A stretch of 64,000 bases of DNA from Eledone cirrhosa (taxonomy: Eukaryota). Positions 54,951-64,000 of this stretch are shown one piece after another (positions within the stretch are counted from its first letter, which is position 1; each line of letters begins with the position of its first letter). The notes beneath the pieces were generated by a model. It was given only the letters and a program-made list of their open reading frames with translations, searched no databases and had not been told where the DNA came from. The stretch spans positions 26,722,001-26,786,000 of the forward strand of contig OZ024750.1 in the NCBI GenBank assembly GCA_964016885.1, given 5' to 3'. The position numbers and the translations under genes were made by a program.

Positions 54951-55772
54951 GTGTAAGATATGGGGGCGCCATGATATTTACTTAGGTAAATTATATAAGC
55001 CATATTTTTACATTTCTGAGACAGCCAGTCTGAAATCATTTGAATAAAGAAAACTAAGAAAATAAATAAAAGAAGCTTGTCAACCAATTCCCTAGGGAGA
55101 TAAATGAAAAACGAAAGACATCAAAGAAAATGAAAATAAGGACAACGTCAACTTTTGCAACAGTTACAAGAACAACAGAATCGACAAGAAAAAGAAGCAA
55201 TGGTGATGAAAGGTGTGGGTGTATACATATACATACATAGAATCATACAAACACATGCATACATCCATACATCCATCCATCCATCCATCCATCCATCCAT
55301 CCATCATGCATGCATGCATACATACATACATACATACATACATACATACATACATGCATGCATGCATGCATACATACATACATACATACATACATACATA
55401 CATACATACATACATACATACATACATGGTGACTGCCAACTCGTTTTCGAGTACGGCCACTACTTTATATCCATGTAGGAAAACCCCTACCGATGCGCTG
55501 AACGAGTGTGACTTTTTAGTCTAGCCTGCGACATGAAAACTCTGGTACAAACACTACACTTGTGACAATTATTGACACATAGTGCTGGGCCCATGGTACC
55601 CTGTGACGACAAGTGCAGCGAGATCTCCAGATATAAAGCAATGCCTGTGCCGTGCAGCTTTTATAGTGAGCAAAGGCACTGCACAAAGCCAGTCCCACTC
55701 TCTTAACCAAGATGATAATTACCAAAAAGAAGAAGACAACATACATACATACATACCAACATACATACATAC

Positions 55773-58700
55773 AGTCAACGCGATCAGTCGCATATTTTGG
55801 CGTGGGAGACTATTTATTAAATTTAAGATGAATACTATCTCGGACAGTAATGCAACAACTACACTCAAGTTGAATAACTGGTTATTTGTCTAACTATATC
55901 TTCTGAAGACACCTTTTATTCGTATTCGTAGAGATATCCCACTAATTAGATAATTCATTTTACAAGGATTTGCTACAAACAGTATGGCTGAACACATCAA
56001 CAACAATATTAAGGTAGTACCGAAGACAAATAACAAGGAAGGTAAACAAACTATATTCAGTTGTAGCTACAGAAGAAACCGAATTATAAATCGCATTTCT
56101 CTTGGAGTTGCGAACTTCATAATGATTTATTTAATTGCTAAAAAATGCCAAAAAACAATCCCTCCATTGGCTATATGAACAGAATGAAGCTACACTGGTA
56201 CGAAATACACCCAGAACTAAATTATTTCACAGCGAAACAATTACGCCAACAAGCGACTTTTGTTGAACGTAAAAATAAGATAAATATTATTAATTGTAAG
56301 TCCCTCACAACAAACATGTTATCAATAACACGTGCTACAGGTCGCCATGCTACTAGATTTCCTAGCAGCCAGGTCGAACAGCGCCTTGAAACAATTATGC
56401 CTGTAAGAAACTTGACACCATCTGTACCATCTAAGTCTACCTCGAATGCTGGGGAAAACACTATCGATAATAATATTAATCGCAAGAAATAATAATAATA
56501 ATCGAAGAAATTTGACACCACGTGTACCATCCGAGTCTACCTCGACTGTTGTGGAAAATACTATCGATAATGATAATAATCAAAAGTATAAACAATTGAA
56601 ATTCTCCCTCAACGAAATCTTCCAGAGAGAAATTAATTCATGTATAAATATCTCTCTTGCTGAACGTTTTAAAACGACAATGTTTAAAAAAACAACAAAT
56701 AATGAAATATTACGTGTTATTGACGAAATAGGGGATGAATATTTACGATGGATAAAAACCCCAACACATTGGCAAATCAACGCCTGTTTATATGCCTTAG
56801 TAACGACAGTGAAGCATTATCTTGGTGATAGCAGAGATATTAACAAGAACAGAACACCACCAAAAATACCATCATGTATAACTAAAATAGAGAAAAGATT
56901 GCTGAACTATGAAAAAACATAGGATATGTGACAATGCTCCTTACATGCAAACAAACACAAAAAACCTCACTCAACAAAGAGTGAAATATTAAATAGAGAG
57001 GATGTTTGGTAACAGTAGAACCAGAACTCTCCAATATAAGCTGATCACCATCAAACAAGAATTGAGAGCTGTTAGTGAAAAACGCCGATACCTGAAGAAG
57101 GTAGATGAGAGAAAAGTGCTTAATAAAATATTCAGACGAAACCAAACATCAGTCTATAGAGATATGAAGGGCAAAATAATAAGTGTCATTGAGGCCCCAT
57201 CCCAGAAAGACATAGATTCCTTTTGAAGCAAAATATTGTGTGAAAAGAAGAATTTCAACCAATATGCAGTGTGGCTAAGAGAAATACGAAAGAATTATTG
57301 CTCCTACACTACAACAAAAACATACGAAATAAGTGAGGGTACCATTGCGACTGTAATAGGAAAACTCCAAGATAAGAAAACACCAGGAAGAGACACGATT
57401 GTCGGCTACTGGTACAAAAAACTGATATTCTATCGTAGGTATCTTACTGACCTCTACCAACATGTTCTTAAGGGAGATACACTTATACCAGAATGGTTGA
57501 CATTAGCACAAACATTACTGGTCCCCAAGAACAAAGACACCCACTTCACAAAAAAATAACGGCCCATTGCATGCCAGAAACTGATACATAAGATGTATAC
57601 AGCCTGCCTGAACCTATTCCTCCAAGATCACTGTGAAAATAATATCATCACGGATGAACAAGTAGCTGGAAAGAAAGGAGTTTGGAGATGTGCTGAACAA
57701 CTCCCAATCAACAAAACTGCGATGTCGGAGGTGCGTCAACTTAGGAGGAATATGGCTACAGTCTGGCTGGACTACAGGAAAGCTTTCGATTCTGTTCCCT
57801 ACTCTTGGATGATAGAGGCCCTCCAACTTGCTAAATCCCAGACATTATTATCAGAGCCATAGAGAGGATGTCTTCTTCTTGGGCTACTATCCTAAGGTTA
57901 AAGACAGAGAGGGAGGATTCTATTTTCACTGATAAAATAAAATATTGCAGGGGTATATTTCAGGGAGACAGTCACTCAGTGATATTATTCATCTTGTCAC
58001 TAAACCCCTTGTCCTTTCTGCTCAAGAAATGTGAGGGATACCTCATTAGCTCACAGGAGGACAGAAATACGAACCTAACCCATAATTTCTTTGTGGCCGA
58101 TCAGAAACTCTATGCCAAGATCATGGATGGGATGAAGAAAAATCTTGACCTGGTTACAGCGTTCTCAAAGGATATAGGAATGGAGTTTGGCCAAGATAAA
58201 TGCTCATACATTACTGTAAAGCGGGGAAAAACAACAACCCAATCTAGCTACATTGTCATCAATGACCTAACTGTTTCACCGATATCTGATGAGGACAGCT
58301 ACAGATACCTGGGGTTAGATGAGAACATATCCTATAATGGTATCTGTAATAAAGAACGCGTAACCAGGGAATACTACACCCGATTAACAAAGATCTGGTC
58401 ATCGGAACTCTCTGCGCAAAACAAAACAGTGGCTCACAATGTGTTTGCTGTGTCTGTCCTAACACCAACGTTTGGAATACTCAATTGGACGATAGATGAA
58501 ATCCCAGCAGTTGATGTTGGAACTCGAAAGACACTAAACGACACCGGAAACTTCCACATCAACAGTGACATAGGCCGCCTTTACTTGAAACGTAAGCAGG
58601 GAGGCAGAGGCCTAACATCAATTCAGACAACATTTGAATGTCGCTTTATATCTCTCCGACAACATCTACGAACGTCGAAGCATAGGAGCCCGTTTGTCGA

Positions 58701-59880
58701 GAAAGCCTATCTACTTGAAACAGATAAGATCATGAGAGTTGGGAAGAAACTCTTCGAGAGATATTCCCTGTGTGATAATCAAAAACTCACAATCAGGGAA
58801 GTCGCTCAGCAGTATCGCAGTGAATCCATGGATGAAAAACTACATACTTATCAGCAAAAACTCATGCATGGATATGTTGCCAGGAAGCCCCAGAGTGAGA
58901 GTAATATAGATAAGGAAAGTAGTCTATCTTGGACCAACAACCGTTCTATTGGCTCCCACTTTGTAGATACGCTTTTGCAATCCAAGAACAGGAGATTAAC
59001 ACGAAATAACTGATTCACAAAAGAGATAGGGATGCAGGCAAAACACCTAGATGTGATAACAAGTGCAGACTCTGCAGAGCTAACATCGAGGATATCACCC
59101 ATGTCATGAGCAACTGTCCAAAGATGCCATCGCGGTACTATCTACCTATGAGGCATAATGTAGTGGCCAAAACACTGTACAATGCAGTTCGTAAAAAAAG
59201 ATAGCCCCGATAATAAACACATTAAAAGCTACAGCAATATGGAAGACATCCATGTATATAATATGAAAGAGTACTGGTGGAATGTTCCAGTAAAACCCCA
59301 ATAAAATTCAGGCATAACAGACCAGATATCATGATATGGGACAGGGAGAAGAAAGCATGCACACTAGTGGAAATTAGCTGCCCAGCAGGTGCCAATATAA
59401 TATCAAAGATTAGTGAAAAGGAGAATATTTATGCAGAACTGTTGAGAAATCTGCAGATACTCCACCCTGATTACACCTTCAGATACATGCCTGTGATTAT
59501 TGGGGCACTGGGGTATGTTAGTAACTGCCTCAATACAAATCATGAGAAGCTTGGCTTCACAGGAACAGAAAGAACACAACTAGTTAGGAAATTATAAGTA
59601 CAATCCATTAATGGAAGAGTAAAAATATGTAAAACATTCCAAAAATGTTGCATCTGATAACTGTATATACACATGTACAGATGCAAAGCATATACACATG
59701 CACACATACAACTCAAAACATACACACATACACATACAATAACATCCATATCTACACATGCATGCATACATACATATCTACCTAGTTGATGTGTAAATTC
59801 CAATGAGATAGACTTGTGTCTATGTTAGAAACTGTCTCTATTGGTAAAACTTTGTGAAATTATAAAACAGAAGAACATAC
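55773..59880 (+). mobile_element. Near full-length, decayed R4/Dong-like non-LTR retrotransposon
   Basis: KTPGRD.I..YWYK, RPIAC, WLDYRKAFDSVP, GIFQGDS, FFVADQKLY (decayed YxDD), YRYLG, RLYLKRKQGGRGL, KCRLC..EDITH..SNC, RPDIMIWD..LVEISCP, PVIIGALG; multiple stops and frameshifts. Confidence 0.88.
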
Positions 59881-61322
59881 ATATATACACACATATATAA
59901 GCACACACAGGCCGGCGTTGGTGTTTGATGAGGTTGAGAACCTGGTCAGCTTTCAGTCAGAGCTGTGGTATTTAATCTCCCTAGGTAATGAAATCTGGAG
60001 GCAAAATTCTCTCCTTACCAAAAAAAAAAAGCATAAATCAGGTCAACATCCTGATACACTTAAATATAAATGCATGTATATATACAAATGTATAAATGCA
60101 TTGCTATATACATAGGTAAATGTATGTATGTAGATTAATATATATATATATAAGTATGTATACGTACATACACATATGTATACAGACGCACAGTAGTATG
60201 TATATATATATACATACATGCACACATATATATATGTACGTATATATATATATATATTCGAAGAAATTGAAGAAAGAGAAGCAGACCGTTAAAATATATT
60301 TATAAGGAGCTCTTACACATGTTACGCCCAAGTTGGGCCCAAGTTGGGCTCCTCGGAGGCTCAGAGGAAATTAAAGGGTTCAATTAGGAAATCTGAATGG
60401 GTATGAATACGATTTTAACATCGAAATTCATATCTCGGTGTTACAAAGTTAGGTGCTTATCTTTGTGTACATTCCGGTGCTAATTTGGAATTATCTGCTA
60501 AAATTCATTTCCCCTATTATAAAATATTTATTTATTCCCCTAAGTCTATTTACTACATGTTAATTTAATTATGCGTTGTCAAGCTAGTTTGCAGAGGCAC
60601 AGTTAAGGTATGAATGTGAGTGTTCAATAATATTATGGTCGGTGAAACTTATGTACGGACTAAGTTAGTATGAGGCTGCAACTATATATATATATATATA
60701 AAACATGAGAAGAGAGAATACTGCGTGGTTGCACATGGGTTACGTATGATAAAAATAGTCTTTCATCAGTGATTTCCCAACCTTCATTGGTATTTCATCA
60801 CTTTAAAAATCATATACCTCCAGTTGGTGAGGGCAATAGCTAAATAAAGCTATTGGGACAAGTAAATCGCGTAAAGCGAGCGAGACAAGTAAACAAACGT
60901 AGAAGGATGGCAACGCAAAGATAGGAAAAATCAAGCACATGGGAGTCCGATCAGCTTTAGCTGTGTGGATTTCATGGGCGAGAGACTACAGACCGTCCGA
61001 CGCGAGTGAGGTGTGAGCAGGAAAAGACCCCACTACAGGCCAAACGGGAGGAAATGAGAGGGGGAGAAGCAGAGAGTGAGTGAGTGGAAGTGCGAGGAAG
61101 AGGCCAGTCGAGAGAAAGTGTAACTGCCAGAGGGGGCGAAAGAAGGTGAGAGAAACAGAGAGAGCGGGGAAGCAGTATGAGAGAAACAGACAAACGAAAC
61201 TGGGGAAACTATATATAAAAAACATGAGAAGAAAGAATACTGCGTGGTTGCACATGGGTTACATATGATAAAAATAGTCCGACATATATATATATATATA
61301 TATATATATAAGTGGTTACACA

Positions 61323-61362
61323 ACAGCTGAGGATCCGCTAAGGTGAAACAATTGTTCTCGGT
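61323..61362 (+). ncRNA. Minimal hammerhead-like motif in a ~150 bp insert within (TA)n
   Basis: AG-CTGAGGA-TCC(GCTAA)GGT-GAAA-CAATT-GTT^CT; palindromic ACAATTGT; stem I is weak. Confidence 0.55.
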
Positions 61363-61455
61363 ATGGTGAACTAACTGTTATGTAACCACTTCTACCTAAC
61401 TGGTCCCATGGACTGAGTGCTCTACAACTACAGATATGACCTTCCAGTGTTCTAC

Positions 61456-61499
<44 letters not shown>

Positions 61500-61583
61500 T
61501 ATATTATAATTGAAAAAAAAAGGAAAAGAATGACTTCACTTGTAGTGTTAAATAATTTGATTTACTTTTATAATATTATAATA

Positions 61584-61690
61584 TCCCGCCCAGGTTGAAT
61601 TTGCCTTTCATCCTTACGTGGTCGATAAAATAAAGTACCAGTAATGCACTGTGTAATTGCTGGCCTTGTGCCTAAAGTAGAAACAATTAT
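61584..61690 (+). mobile_element. 5'-truncated SINE family A
   Basis: Matches the 3' half of 29094-29280. Confidence 0.85.
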
Positions 61691-61748
61691 GAGTTGGTAG
61701 ATCTATATATATTTTATACACACACATACACACACACACACACACACA

Positions 61749-61793
<45 letters not shown>

Positions 61794-62064
61794 TTTTTTC
61801 AGTCTGATCTACCTCTGGTGGTAAGGTCCGAACCGTAGATAGGATTCAATGTAATCTTGTAAAATACTACAATGAAAGTTCTGTGTTTCGCTGAATTAAT
61901 TCTTTAGAAACAGAGTCAGATATTAGATATTAAATTAACAATGAAAATAAAAACAAAAAAATAACAAACAAAGTTATAAATTAACTTGACTTATTGCTTT
62001 TTATTTTCATTGTTAACTTGATAACACACACACAAGCACAAGCACACACACACAGACAAACACA

Positions 62065-62119
<55 letters not shown>

Positions 62120-62124
<5 letters not shown>

Positions 62125-62952
62125 CGTAGTGTGACAAGAAACTTGCTTCCCAAACACATGTTTCCGGGTCCAGTCCCACTGCCCGGGCCGACCAAAGCCC
62201 TGTGAGTGGATTTGATAGATCGAAACTAAAAGAAACGCGTCGTATATATGTATATGTCAGTGTGTCTTTGCGTTAGTGTTTGCCCTCCCACCAATGCTTT
62301 TTGGTTTGTTGACATCCCCATAACTTACCAAGTTGATGATCCAGCATGGACGTAGTCCAGAGACATAAAAAAGTAAAATGTATATATATATATATATATA
62401 TGCGTGTGTGTGTATGTAGAAGAGGGGTCTCAAGCTTAATGACATAAAAGGGCCATTATGTCATGGAGGAGAGGCACAGTGGGCCAAACTTGTTGGTTGG
62501 TGATGATTTTCACCAGGTATAATCATTTCTACTGTAGGCACAAGGCATGGAATTTGGGTTTTAGGGTCCCGTCGATTACATCGATCCCAGTTCACAACTG
62601 GTACTTAGTTTATCGACTCCAAAAGGATGAAAGGCAAGGTTGAGATCGGCGGAATTCGAACTCGGAACGTAAAAACGGAAGTAGTACCGCTAAGCATTTC
62701 GCCAGATGTGCTAACGATTCCACCAGCTCACCGCCTTGTTTTCACCAGTTATACCAGTTATAATGGAATCTGAAACATTGGTTCTACCACGGGCCATAGA
62801 AAGGTAGTTCGCGGGGCGCATATTTGAGCCCCATGTTGGAGTTAGATATATATATAGACGTGTACCAAACACACACACTTCTTACTCTCTCTGTCTGTCC
62901 CTCTTTCTCTCTCTTTCTATGTCTCTCTCTCCCTCTCTCTTTCTCTCTCTCT

Positions 62953-63008
<56 letters not shown>

Positions 63009-63122
63009 GCTGTTATTTGACGTTTTTGAAAAGAGCAATAAAAACCGGCAATAAAAACTGGAGTCAAAATTCTTTCTGTACCAAAAACAGGACACACAAA
63101 GACACACACGCACACACACAGG

Positions 63123-63172
<50 letters not shown>

Positions 63173-63705
63173 TGTTAGTGTGCACCCTAGCGTGTATGTG
63201 TGTGTGTGTGTATCTATCTATGTATATATATAAGGGATACAGATATTTGTTTTTACATTGTCACTAATTATCTCAATTCATTCTTTGTCATCGAGGCACT
63301 TTATTTTGCAAGGTACTATTTTTTCCTTGAGTTTGTGATTTCAGAGAAAGGTAAGAAATTCTTCATAATTTGTATCTTTTGTATTTTGACTTTACATTTT
63401 GAATTGTAGAATTGTCTATCCACTCAAAATATTACAACAGCTAACAGTGAAATATAGAATTTAATAAAAAAAAAAAATCTTTTTCGACTGAGATCAAATC
63501 TTTGAAAACATTCACGTCTGTTTTTTTCATACGAGTACTTTTTAAAGATTTTTTTAAAGATTCTAACATAACTTGATTTAGCCCAGTAATCTACTGATAT
63601 CAAAATCAGTAGTATATTGAAAAATGGAAAAATAAGGTAGGGGGACGTTTCGTGATTTCGAGGGGTAAAAGGGGGCGTTTGGCTGAAATGGGTTGAGAAC
63701 CTTTG
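62120..63705 (-). mobile_element. Inverted paralog of 20340-21150 + 27330-28020 (hAT-like left end carrying SINE B and C copies)
   Basis: Collinear reverse-complement match; lacks the Tx1 insertion; ends GGGTTGAGAACCTTTG. Confidence 0.85.
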
Positions 63706-64000
63706 ATCTATATCCTTCTTAAGACCTATATCGTTTTTACGATCTTCATTCTTAAGACCTTTCCCCCTTTATACGACCAATCATGGCGTTAAATGTTTCA
63801 ATAAAATCTTTAAAAAAAAAGAAAAAACCTATATTGTGACTTTCAAACTTGGCTCACTCGTTTAACAGTAAAATTATTAATAAAAAAAAAACTTGAGGTT
63901 TCAACAACGAAAACACTTGATAACTACGTAATAATAATAGGCAAAAGGCCAACAATTTTGGGGTAGGGATTAAATCACCCCAATGCATTACTGGTACTGA

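Overview
AT-rich, microsatellite-dense eukaryotic DNA; the SINE/LINE repertoire suggests a mollusc, probably an octopus (inference). Almost all ORFs in the supplied track are simple-repeat artefacts. Real content: (1) a host gene fragment the ORF track misses, made of four intact 132-135 nt phase-1/phase-1 exons plus one broken copy (36279-42896, +). Each encodes one 8-Cys MEGF10/Draper-type EGF repeat, and almost all differences between them change amino acids. (2) Retroelements: a near full-length Tx1/L1 LINE in a (TATC)n tract with a paralogous empty site in the window, two R4/Dong-like, one CRE-like and several RTE-like relics, and Penelope-like elements (RT + GIY-YIG). (3) About a dozen hammerhead-ribozyme motifs of several families, located in Penelope terminal repeats, fold-back insertions and a 2 x 485 bp retrozyme-like dimer. 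(4) tRNA-derived SINEs and a hAT-like non-autonomous element family. Coordinates of degenerate repeats are approximate, and all alignments and folds were done by eye.
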